36,292 bases of DNA, taken from positions 1 through 36,292 of the forward strand of contig JAITSP010000099.1 of the NCBI GenBank assembly GCA_031287725.1, given 5' to 3'. Under the pieces are notes generated by a model. That model did no database searches and was not told the origin of the DNA. It was given only the letters and a program-made list of their open reading frames with translations. The translations under genes and the position numbers were made by a program. Positions 1-8,694 of this stretch are shown here, piece by piece (the first letter of the stretch is position 1; each line of letters begins with the position of its first letter). Source of the stretch: Rickettsiales bacterium (GTDB lineage Bacteria; Pseudomonadota; Alphaproteobacteria; Rickettsiales; UBA1997).

Positions 1-2
1 AG

Positions 3-125
3 ACCGCCCTGACAATGCTGAGAGATAGCGTTCCGCTGCCCTCTATAGCTAAATATACCGGCCTCAGCGAGAGTGAAATTCTAGAACTAATGGAAAATCC
101 CAGGAACAACGGATGGTGGAGCTAG
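3..125 (+). CDS. 3' end (partial) of a probable Rpn-family / PD-(D/E)XK nuclease 'transposase' protein
   Basis: Manual translation of frame 3: TALTMLRDSVPLPSIAKYTGLSESEILELMENPRNNGWWS*. It matches the C-terminal 'A..ML..G.....IA..TGLS..EI..L' helical signature typical of Rpn proteins. Truncated by the window edge. Confidence 0.6.
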   Translation, partial: TALTMLRDSVPLPSIAKYTGLSESEILELMENPRNNGWWS

Positions 126-341
126 AAGAGTGCTAGAAAAGAGCTAGCGGCTATGGCTATAGATAGATATCTGGACCTAGACCCGAGAACCTCACCCTGG
201 CCACCATTCCTAGCCAAATTAGTAGTTCTCTAGCCCAGCGGGCCAGGGATTCCTAGAAACAGGTCCTTTCTTGTTTTTTATTTGTCCTTGGCTATAGTTA
301 GACCCTGTTTCCCATTTTTGGAAAAATTTTATCGCACACAG

Positions 342-2162
342 ATGACTATAAGAAATATCGCTATCATTGCCCACGTTGACCACGGCAAAACCACTCTGGT
401 GGACCAGCTGCTGAGACAGAGCGGCACATTCCTGTCCCATGAAAAAATTGAGGACAGAGTTATGGACAGTGGTGATCTGGAGAAAGAGAGGGGAATTACC
501 ATACTGGCCAAATGCACCTCCATAGACTACGACGGACACACCATAAATATAATCGATACTCCCGGCCACGCAGACTTTGGTGGAGAGGTAGAGCGGGTAC
601 TATCCATGGTAGACGGAGTCATAGTGCTAGTGGACGCAGCCGAAGGTCCAATGCCCCAGACAAAATTTGTGCTCTCCAAGGCTCTGGCGCTTGGTCTAGA
701 GCCAATTGTCGTTGTGAACAAGATTGATCGGGGCGACGCTCGGCCAAGGGAAGTGCTCAACGAAATATTTGATCTCTTCATAAATTTGGACGCCAACGAG
801 CGGCAGCTAGAATTTCCCGTACTCTATGCGGTGGGAAGAGACGGCTGGTGCGCCAGAAGCCCGGAGGAGGAGGGCAAAGACATGAAACCATTGCTAGACC
901 TCGTGCTAGAGCACGTCAGAGAGCCCAAAGTGGACCGGGAGGCACCGTTCTCTATGCTAGCCACAATACTAGACTACAACAGCTACGTAGGCCGCATGCT
1001 CATCGGTAAGGTCTACAGTGGCAGAGCAACGATGAATATGCCTATAAAGGCAATAAATTTGAGTGGCGAAACCGTTGAGAGAGGGAGACTGACCAAAATG
1101 TTCGTCTTCAGAGGCATAAAGAAGGTCCCGGTAGAGACCGTAGAGGCTGGAGATATAGTCTCCCTGGCAGGACTAGAGAAAGCCACGGTGGCCGACACCA
1201 TATGTGACCCGGCGCTGACCAGACCCATAGAGTCAACCGCCATAACGGCCCCAACAATGTCAATAACCATCTCCGTCAATGATTCACCCCTTGCCGGCAG
1301 AGAGGGTACGAAGGTCACCTCCAGACTACTGAGAGACAGACTATTTGCCGAACAGGAGAGTAATGTAGCCATAACCGTCAAGGAAACAGGGCTGATGGAC
1401 AGCTTCGAGATTGGTGGTCGAGGGGAGCTGCAACTTGGAATCCTCATAGAGACCATGAGGAGAGAGGGCTATGAGATGGCCATCGGCAAGCCCAGAGTTC
1501 TATTCCGCACAGACGAGAGAGGCAACAGACTAGAACCCCTAGAGGAGGTGGTCATAGACATCGATGAAAAATTCAGTGGTCCAGTTGTTGACAAGCTGAG
1601 CCGGCGGAAAGGAGAGCTAAAGGAAATGAGGCCCTGTGGCCACGGCAGAACGAGGATTGTGATGATTGTTCCCTCCCGGGGCCTACTGGGCTACCAGAGC
1701 GAGTTCATGACAGATACCAAAGGCTCCGGCGTGATTCACAGGATATTTCACTCCTACCAGGAGTACAGAGGAGAAATTCCCAATGCCCGGAAAGGTGTTC
1801 TCATAGCCAACGGCCAGGGAGAGGCCATCCCCTATGCCCTGTTCAGTAGCCAGGAGAGGGGTATCATGTTCATAGGCCCCCACGATAGGGTCTACGAGGG
1901 CATGATCGTCGGCGAGCATGCCCGAGACAATGATCTGGTGGTCAATGTGCTAAGGACAAAAAAACTAACCAACGTCAGGGCAGCTGGCAGCGATGAAAAT
2001 ATAATTCTAACCCCGCCCCGTCAGATGACTCTGGAGCAGATGATAACCTACATCAACGACGATGAGCTGCTAGAGGTTACACCCAAAAACCTGAGACTAA
2101 GGAAAAAGTACCTCTCGGCAAACGAGAGGAAAAAATATTCCCGGGCCGAGGAGGAGGAATAG
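342..2162 (+). CDS. typA: Translational GTPase TypA/BipA
   Basis: MTIRNIAIIAHVDHGKTT, ERGITI, DTPGHADF, NKID, GRGELQL and the C-terminal ELLEVTPKNLRLRK. ATG at 342 preferred over the upstream TTG. Confidence 0.97.
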   Translation: MTIRNIAIIAHVDHGKTTLVDQLLRQSGTFLSHEKIEDRVMDSGDLEKERGITILAKCTSIDYDGHTINIIDTPGHADFGGEVERVLSMVDGVIVLVDAAEGPMPQTKFVLSKALALGLEPIVVVNKIDRGDARPREVLNEIFDLFINLDANERQLEFPVLYAVGRDGWCARSPEEEGKDMKPLLDLVLEHVREPKVDREAPFSMLATILDYNSYVGRMLIGKVYSGRATMNMPIKAINLSGETVERGRLTKMFVFRGIKKVPVETVEAGDIVSLAGLEKATVADTICDPALTRPIESTAITAPTMSITISVNDSPLAGREGTKVTSRLLRDRLFAEQESNVAITVKETGLMDSFEIGGRGELQLGILIETMRREGYEMAIGKPRVLFRTDERGNRLEPLEEVVIDIDEKFSGPVVDKLSRRKGELKEMRPCGHGRTRIVMIVPSRGLLGYQSEFMTDTKGSGVIHRIFHSYQEYRGEIPNARKGVLIANGQGEAIPYALFSSQERGIMFIGPHDRVYEGMIVGEHARDNDLVVNVLRTKKLTNVRAAGSDENIILTPPRQMTLEQMITYINDDELLEVTPKNLRLRKKYLSANERKKYSRAEEEE

Positions 2163-2226
2163 GAGAGAATGGCGACAGCTAGGGCCTAGGCTGCCTAGGC
2201 ATCTCTCTCCGGCTAGCTATAGGCCC

Positions 2227-2487
2227 CTAGATGTTCGGAGCCGGCCGACCCTCCTGGTCCTTGGAAAAATCTACGCCAACCACATTGCCCTCACCCTGGC
2301 TACTTTCCCTAGCCATAAAATCTTTCTGTAGTCCCAGAGTATTTTTCTCTACCTCAGATAGCATGTCCTGCATGCCATCACAATTGTTATTCAGGTATGG
2401 GACAGCCTCGGTGTTGTCTGGAATGCCAAAGATCCTGGGACTAATCACGTTGCTAGGCTCATTGCTATCTTCTTCCTTTTTTGACAT
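2227..2487 (-). CDS. Small acidic hypothetical protein (86 aa)
   Basis: ATG at 2487 (MSKKEEDS...) avoids overlap with the divergent slt gene and fills the gap. No recognisable family. Confidence 0.55.
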   Translation of the reverse strand: MSKKEEDSNEPSNVISPRIFGIPDNTEAVPYLNNNCDGMQDMLSEVEKNTLGLQKDFMARESSQGEGNVVGVDFSKDQEGRPAPNI

Positions 2488-2545
2488 ATGAATAGTTAGA
2501 TTTATAGTATCTATGGTAGACGTACTTTTTAATATTACAACACCA

Positions 2546-4600
2546 ATGATCTGGAAAAACATAATTTTATCTTTGGCAGTGCTAGCTACTGCTGCCGGCG
2601 GAGTCTCTGGAGAAAATAATATATTTATCAAAAAATCCCCACCGGAGGACGCTGGGAGATATTTCATGGGTGCCGAAGATGAAAATATATTCAAGCAGAT
2701 CAGAAAAAAAATGGCCACCAGAAATTGGAAATCGGCCGAGGCTCTGCTGGGGAGCATTAGGAGTGAAAGCTACCGAAAGGCCATAGAAGTCTATCTGAAA
2801 TTGGGAAAGCTCAGGACAACGTTCTCTATGCCAAGGGAAGAGGTGATTAGGTTGATGGAGTTCAACTCCAGAAACAACTTCCTCAGAGAATTTGAATCTA
2901 TCCACAGGCGCATAGAATTCCACTACCTCAACGGCACCGTGAGATTCTCGGACGTGTCCAAATACTTTGACAGATTCCGGACTAGAGACATCAATGTCCA
3001 GATAAAACTTCTGAGAGATGAGAGGGCTAGTCTGGAAAGGATGAAAAACCTGGAACCGAAGCGGCTGGCAGCCCTCAGAGAAAATCTAAATGGTAAAATC
3101 CGCAGAATTTGGGTGACGAGTGACTTCTCCGCCGATGACCAGGAAATCTTCCACAGCAACTTTGCTCCCCAGCTGGGGGCGAGGAGTGTCCTGGAGAGAG
3201 CCGAGATGCTAGTGTTCAAATGGCAGCTGAGTACTCTGGAGAGACTTCTGCCGATGATAGAGGCCAGGGGGTGGAGGGCGCTATTTGGCTCCATCGTGAA
3301 AATCAAAGACTATCCAGAGTCTCTGGATGAGATTCTGAGGGATGTGCCGAAGAATCTGTTGGAAAACGAGGCACTCCTCTACGCCAGGGTAAAATACTCT
3401 GAGCTAGGGGGATCCTCCGAGGATTTACCCAGAATCCTGGGGAAGGTCAAAAAAAACTCGCCCCATGGGCAATTCTGGTCCAACATTCTTGCGGCCTGCG
3501 GTCGACAGCTGATGAGAGCCAGGAGGTACGAGGAAGCCTACAGGATGGTCAGCGGCTACAGCAACCTGGCAAAGGGAGACCATACCAACAGGATCTGGCT
3601 ATCCGGCTGGCTAGCTCTGAGGTTTCTAAAAAACCATGACCTGGCCCGGAAACACTTCCAGGATCTTCTGGGACACGTCTCTAGACCAGCCAACAGAGCC
3701 AGGGCAGCCTATTGGCTGGGCCGCACGGCCGAGGCAGAGAAGGATAGTGGAAAGGCTCTGGACTGGTATAGAGTCGCCTCCGGCTATCCTCTGGTGTTCT
3801 ACGGCCAGCTGGCCACCCAGAGGATCGATGAGCTACTCCAGAGAGAGGAATCACCTCTGGCGCTACCAAGCGCCCCCAGTCCAACCCCAGAGGATGCACT
3901 GGAGCTGGAGAAGAACTGGCTAGTTAGCTACGCGCTGCTCTGCCATAGATACGAGGGGAAGATGAGTGAGGCCGCTAGCATATTCGCCCGACTCATCTCC
4001 GAAAAACTAAAGACAGCCGGAGAGATTGTCAAACTCCTGGAGCTGGTGGAGAGCCTCGGTGACACCCAGCTAACCCTTAGAATGTCTCTGGAGGCCGAGA
4101 GGAGAAAGGTATTCCTCCTGGCTAATCTCTACCCCACCATGAGAGTACCCGACAGATCGAATCCCAGCCGGGCGCTAATCCACGCCATAGCGAAGAACGA
4201 GAGCAACTTCGTGAAGCACGCCGAGAGTAGCAGGATGGCCCAGGGCCTCATGCAGATAATTCCCTCCACCGCCAAGGCTCTCTGCAGAGAGCTTAAAATA
4301 AAGTATAGCAGCTATAGACTGAAGGGCGACGTGGCCTACAATGTCAAAATAGCCGACCACTACCTGGGCCAGCTGGCCAAACGGTTCAACGGCTCCAGAG
4401 TGCTGATGGTGGCATCCTACAATGCTGGACCGGAGGCGGTGGCCAGGTGGCTAGAGGAGATGGGAGACCCGAGAAAGGGCAAAATCGAAGATGTCGTGGA
4501 CTGGATAGAATCCATAGACTATGGAGAAACTAGAAACTATGTGCAGAGGGTGCTAGAGGCTCTCCGGGTCTATGAAACCATTTTCAGCGGCGAGAGATGA
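2546..4600 (+). CDS. slt: Soluble lytic murein transglycosylase (Slt70-like)
   Basis: Signal-peptide-like N-terminus from ATG 2546 and a helical TPR-like middle (RAAYWLGR, FYGQLA). C-terminal SLT domain with NESNF (catalytic Glu), AQGLMQI, ASYNAG and ETRNYV. Confidence 0.9.
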   Translation: MIWKNIILSLAVLATAAGGVSGENNIFIKKSPPEDAGRYFMGAEDENIFKQIRKKMATRNWKSAEALLGSIRSESYRKAIEVYLKLGKLRTTFSMPREEVIRLMEFNSRNNFLREFESIHRRIEFHYLNGTVRFSDVSKYFDRFRTRDINVQIKLLRDERASLERMKNLEPKRLAALRENLNGKIRRIWVTSDFSADDQEIFHSNFAPQLGARSVLERAEMLVFKWQLSTLERLLPMIEARGWRALFGSIVKIKDYPESLDEILRDVPKNLLENEALLYARVKYSELGGSSEDLPRILGKVKKNSPHGQFWSNILAACGRQLMRARRYEEAYRMVSGYSNLAKGDHTNRIWLSGWLALRFLKNHDLARKHFQDLLGHVSRPANRARAAYWLGRTAEAEKDSGKALDWYRVASGYPLVFYGQLATQRIDELLQREESPLALPSAPSPTPEDALELEKNWLVSYALLCHRYEGKMSEAASIFARLISEKLKTAGEIVKLLELVESLGDTQLTLRMSLEAERRKVFLLANLYPTMRVPDRSNPSRALIHAIAKNESNFVKHAESSRMAQGLMQIIPSTAKALCRELKIKYSSYRLKGDVAYNVKIADHYLGQLAKRFNGSRVLMVASYNAGPEAVARWLEEMGDPRKGKIEDVVDWIESIDYGETRNYVQRVLEALRVYETIFSGER

Positions 4601-5661
4601 GGATAGGAATTGCAAAGATGTACGTGAAAAACGCACAGCTGGACTACAACTTTGCCGTGCTAGAGAGACTCTACGGAGAGGCTCTGGAGAAAAAGCTGGA
4701 GATTGTTATTTTTCCAAGACTGGCCACCAGTGGATTTTTCGATGGCACCAGCCCAGTGGATGAGAGCTACCTGGAGAAAATAGAGGAGTACACCGAAAAA
4801 GTGATCTCCCTCACGGAGGGCAGAGGAACAAAGATTCTTCTGGGGACCCCTCTACAACAGCTAACCCGCGGGGAGGAGGGGGAAATCTCTAGGACAGAGC
4901 TGAAGGATTCCGCTCTCTTCATCGATGGTGGCCATCTGGATACAGAAATTTTTAGAAAGGAGATAGACAGGGACAACCCTCTGGATGACTACAGATATTT
5001 TGACAGACATAGGTTTCTTAAACATTTCAGCTATAGAAACAAGAAATTTCTGGTGCTCCTGGCGGATGACATCTACTCCAATTTCAATCTCCTTCTGGCC
5101 AAGGACAGCGAACCAGACTACGTCCTCTGTCTGGACAGCAGCGCGACCCGCTCCAGAGAGGCTAGAGAAAAACATCTGCTAAAGCTGGCAAAATTTGCCA
5201 ATTCCCCTCTATTCTACCTGAACAGTGCCAGCTACAGCGGTGGTCTGCTCTTCCGGGGCGAGGTTGTGCTCATAGACGAGGATTTCAGGGTTGTCTTCGA
5301 GGATTTCTACCGGGGCGACGAACTTGTCCCCTTCGAAATAGACTGTGAAGATGGCACAGAGCTCTTCATCAGAGAAACTGGCGGCGGCAGGGGCAACCCC
5401 TTCCACGTCCTGGAAAAATACTTCGGCCCCGGAAGGGTTGTGCTAGATGTGGACCTATTCTCGGACTTAGAACTAGAAGAGATGGGGAAAAATGGCTGTG
5501 AGCTGGTGACATTCTCAGGAGAGAGTGGGCATAGAGCTAGATTTATAGAAATGACGAACTATATCAATGGCAGATTATTTGAAAGATTGACAGCGAAGGA
5601 GCAAAACATGATAAAAGGCAAAATAGTCGATCTACTAGCTACCGCTAACCATGACCAATAG
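4597..5661 (+). CDS. Carbon-nitrogen hydrolase (nitrilase-fold) protein resembling the glutaminase domain of Gln-dependent NAD synthetase; catalytic residues degenerate
   Basis: MRIGIAK...NFAVLERLYGEALEKKLEIVIFPRLATSG (cf. FPEL.LTGY), LLADDIY (cf. ICEDIW), PLFYLNSASYSGGLLFRG (cf. PLVYVNQVGGQDELVFDG). ATGA overlap with slt. Confidence 0.7.
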   Translation: MRIGIAKMYVKNAQLDYNFAVLERLYGEALEKKLEIVIFPRLATSGFFDGTSPVDESYLEKIEEYTEKVISLTEGRGTKILLGTPLQQLTRGEEGEISRTELKDSALFIDGGHLDTEIFRKEIDRDNPLDDYRYFDRHRFLKHFSYRNKKFLVLLADDIYSNFNLLLAKDSEPDYVLCLDSSATRSREAREKHLLKLAKFANSPLFYLNSASYSGGLLFRGEVVLIDEDFRVVFEDFYRGDELVPFEIDCEDGTELFIRETGGGRGNPFHVLEKYFGPGRVVLDVDLFSDLELEEMGKNGCELVTFSGESGHRARFIEMTNYINGRLFERLTAKEQNMIKGKIVDLLATANHDQ

Positions 5662-6103
5662 GACCGTCATCATATACACAGATGGTGCCTGCTCTGGCAA
5701 CCCAGGCCCCGGAGGTTGGGGGGCGGTACTCCGCTGGGGTGAGCACCAGAGAGAAATCTATGGAGGAAGCGCAGTCACCACCAATAACCAGATGGAACTG
5801 ACGGCAGCCATAGAGGCTCTGGCCACACTCCGCTATGGCTGCGACGTCGAGCTCTACACAGATAGCCAGTATCTGAAGAGGGGCATCTGCGAGTGGATAG
5901 GGGTCTGGGAGGCAAATGGCTGGAAAAACTCAAAGAAACAGGCCGTAGCTAACAGAGAGCTCTGGCAGAGACTAAATGATCTGGCGAAGAGGCACAGCGT
6001 CAGTTGGTTCTGGGTAAGGGGCCATGGCAACAGCGAAATGAATAATCTAGCTGACAGTTTAGCACGAAGATGGATAGCGGAGAACCGCGGCCAGTTGAAC
6101 TAG
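5651..6103 (+). CDS. rnhA: Ribonuclease HI
   Basis: IYTDGACSGNPGPGGWG, TTNNQMELTA, YTDSQY, WVRGH, NNLADSLA. Confidence 0.97.
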   Translation: MTNRTVIIYTDGACSGNPGPGGWGAVLRWGEHQREIYGGSAVTTNNQMELTAAIEALATLRYGCDVELYTDSQYLKRGICEWIGVWEANGWKNSKKQAVANRELWQRLNDLAKRHSVSWFWVRGHGNSEMNNLADSLARRWIAENRGQLN

Positions 6104-6810
6104 AAGATGTCCGCAGAGCTAATGGACATCCTGCCAGTCTCTGTGACCAGCAGCAGAGTGCCATCCCGGTCTAGATCCTCAAAAATACCCTCTATCACTG
6201 ATGAATTCACTTTCACAGCTATCTTTTTCCCAAAACCATAGGCATAGCCCAGCCAATCGTTCCTTATGGGGCTAAATCCCTGGCTTTCGAGTTTCTGACA
6301 GTAGAAGTCAAAATACTCTAGAAATTTAGCCAGGACCTCCTCTCTCCCGAGACTAAAACCCTCCCTCTTCAGGTCTGTGGGCTCGAACATCATAGTCTCC
6401 GGCATTTCCGGGTGTCTGTCCAGGTTCAGTCCAATTCCGATGACTAGTAGAGATCTCTGTAGATCTCTCTCGAGGAGGATGCCCCCAATTTTTTTACCGT
6501 TGGCCAGTATGTCATTTGGCCACTTAGTTTTCATTTCCATCTTTCCCCCTGTCAGCTCCTCTACTGTCCGCACCATGGCAATGGCTGTCAGAAAAGAGTA
6601 GTTCGAGTAGTTGATTTGGCCATCGGAGGCTTCTATGGCTAGACTCATGTAGAGATTGCTAGATTTCTCTGAAAACCATTTCCTGTCCTGCTTACCTCTG
6701 CCCCTAGTCTGTTCGTCAGCAATGATAATTGAGTTAGGAGGATAGTTTTTGATCACATCCATGGTGGAAGTGACACTACTAAAATAATATAAATTAAATA
6801 TTCTATTCAT
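6100..6810 (-). CDS. birA: Biotin--[acetyl-CoA carboxylase] ligase (no N-terminal HTH)
   Basis: VTSTMD, ADEQTRGRG..RKWFS, KWPNDI, KKIGGIL, IGIGLN and an SH3-like C-terminus. Confidence 0.93.
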   Translation of the reverse strand: MNRIFNLYYFSSVTSTMDVIKNYPPNSIIIADEQTRGRGKQDRKWFSEKSSNLYMSLAIEASDGQINYSNYSFLTAIAMVRTVEELTGGKMEMKTKWPNDILANGKKIGGILLERDLQRSLLVIGIGLNLDRHPEMPETMMFEPTDLKREGFSLGREEVLAKFLEYFDFYCQKLESQGFSPIRNDWLGYAYGFGKKIAVKVNSSVIEGIFEDLDRDGTLLLVTETGRMSISSADIF

Positions 6811-6828
6811 TAGTTATTAGATTTGTAC

Positions 6829-7056
6829 ATGTCAATTTGTCTATAACATTCTGTTGACATTCTATCAACATCCCTATTGACAGAGGCTACCCCAGAATCC
6901 GCCGAAGAATCGCCTCAAATTTACTATTGACCATTCTGTCAACAGAGAGAGATAGGTTATCAACAGGTCAATAATTTGTCAAACGGATGCCCATAGAATG
7001 TCACCAAATCGGACTAACATTTTTCTTGACAGGGTTATTGACAGGTAAATGACAGG
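6829..7056. repeat. Cluster of degenerate 9-mers (consensus about YTRTCAAYA) in both orientations; DnaA-box-like
   Basis: CTATCAACA 6862, CTGTCAACA 6936, TTATCAACA 6957, GGTCAATAA 6966, TTGTCAAAC 6976. Reverse copies contain TTGAC at 6854, 6877, 6927, 7026 and 7038. TGACAGG occurs at 7027, 7039 and 7050. Confidence 0.7.
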
Positions 7057-7416
7057 TCCGCTTCTCTAGCGGATGGTTTTTAGGTTCACCCTGGGAGAGA
7101 TAGATTTGGGAGACCATAGAGTCTCCCACTCCCAGGATTGGGTGCATTCGGGGTAGAGTGGGAACGCAGATGGTCATCCCCTGGCCAAATTTAATTTCTC
7201 TGTCCACAGGGAATCTAGGGATTTCACTGTTAATATTTCTTCAACCTCCCGTTGCAGACCTTCTGTCCCCGAACCAGTTGTACCCATGGCATAGCGGCAA
7301 CCGCAAATTTCTGTACTTCCCGAAAAAGGGCAACAACTCAGAGTATCTGCCATGGTTAACATTTTTATAAAAACGGCGCTGCGTGCGCGTTGTTTTTATA
7401 GCATCCCCTATTAGCT

Positions 7417-7701
7417 ATGGATAGAAATATTTTGGAATTCCTACACAACAGCGAACTGGACCACGAACAGTCTCTCTGGAAGGCCGTTATTCTCCAGGCC
7501 TTCATCGATCTAAAGAATAACTCAAAGAAAAAAATAGCCAATACCTACAGAGTGAAGGCTCTACTGTGGTTTAATTTAAAGAATAGCGATTTCCTGACCG
7601 TCTGTGGCTTTGCCAACCTTGACCCCCACTACGTCTGGTCAAGGGCAAACTCCATTAGAGAGGTTAGCCATGCCAACCTTCTGGCCAGACGGCAGCGCTA
7701 G
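7417..7701 (+). CDS. Conserved-looking small hypothetical protein (94 aa)
   Basis: EQSLWKAVILQAFIDL...ALLWF...DFLTVCGFANLDPHYV resembles small uncharacterised proteins recalled from Rickettsiales and phages. Clean ATG..TAG ORF. Confidence 0.75.
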   Translation: MDRNILEFLHNSELDHEQSLWKAVILQAFIDLKNNSKKKIANTYRVKALLWFNLKNSDFLTVCGFANLDPHYVWSRANSIREVSHANLLARRQR

Positions 7702-7767
7702 TTTCTTCCCATCCCTCTGGGATAGGGATAGGCTGGTGGAGAACCGGATAGCCTGGCCTTCCGACGG

Positions 7768-8682
7768 CTAGCGGTTCTCCGAGAGATCCTGGGATTTGCT
7801 GTGAAATTTTTCCTCGATCCAGTCAGGCCTTACCTTGACGAAGAGGAACAGATGAACCTTTCTGCCGAACAGCCGCTCCATGTCCTTCCTCGCTAGGATA
7901 CCGACGTTCTTCAGCGCCAGGCCAGCCCTACCAACCACTATGGCTCTCTGGCTCTCCTTCAGCACCACAATGGTCTGATGGATTCTGATGGCCCCGCTGC
8001 TAGAGTACTCAAAGCTATCGCTCACCACCTCTAGCGAGTAGGGAAGTTCTTCCTCTAGGCTGAGGAACAGCTTTTCTCTGGTTATCTCGGTTGCCATAAA
8101 TTTTGCCGGGGCGTCCGTCATCTCATCCTCTCCGAAGAGCCAGGGTCTCTCCGGAGCCAGAGCTAGCAAGTATTTCCTGAATTTATCCACATTTTCACCG
8201 CTGCGGGCTGATAGCATGAATATATCTCTGAACCCCGGGCAGATGTCAGCTAATTTCTTCGCCATCTCCAGCAGTCTCTCCTTTTTGACCAGATCCACCT
8301 TGTTTAGAAGGAAGACTAGGTCCTCCCGCCGGGTTCTGATGTTTTCTATGGTGCCGATTAGTTTTTCACCCATTTCCTCCGTGCTGTCCAGGATTAGACA
8401 GAGTAAATCCACGTCTCCAATGCCTCTCCAGGCGTTTCGAACTATCATTCTCTCGAGGATGCGGTTTTTCTTCGGCCTGAAGATACCCGGAGTGTCTACA
8501 AATATGAGTTGGCTGTCCCCCTCTGTGAGAACGCCTCTGATCACGTTCCTTGTGGTCTGTTCTCTGGGTGACACTATGGACAGCCTGTTGCCAACAATTC
8601 TGTTGAAAAGGGTAGATTTGCCAGCGTTTGGCAGGCCAGCAAAGGCGACGCTCATAGATCTCTGTCTATTTTCCCTGTCCAT
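7768..8682 (-). CDS. era: GTPase Era
   Basis: GLPNAGKSTL, QTTR, DTPG, NKVD, EITREK, EELPY and a C-terminal KH domain (VVGRAG, VHLFLFVKV). Confidence 0.96.
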   Translation of the reverse strand: MDRENRQRSMSVAFAGLPNAGKSTLFNRIVGNRLSIVSPREQTTRNVIRGVLTEGDSQLIFVDTPGIFRPKKNRILERMIVRNAWRGIGDVDLLCLILDSTEEMGEKLIGTIENIRTRREDLVFLLNKVDLVKKERLLEMAKKLADICPGFRDIFMLSARSGENVDKFRKYLLALAPERPWLFGEDEMTDAPAKFMATEITREKLFLSLEEELPYSLEVVSDSFEYSSSGAIRIHQTIVVLKESQRAIVVGRAGLALKNVGILARKDMERLFGRKVHLFLFVKVRPDWIEEKFHSKSQDLSENR

Positions 8683-8694
8683 CGGAGATCCCCT

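Noticed and set aside
6829-7056. CRISPR array or iteron interpretation of the intergenic repeats
   Set aside because: Repeats are only 7-9 bp, degenerate, in both orientations and irregularly spaced; no cas or rep gene is nearby.
7001-7370. Three short ORFs (62-70 aa) in the birA upstream region
   Set aside because: Mutually overlapping with no recognisable motifs; the region looks regulatory.
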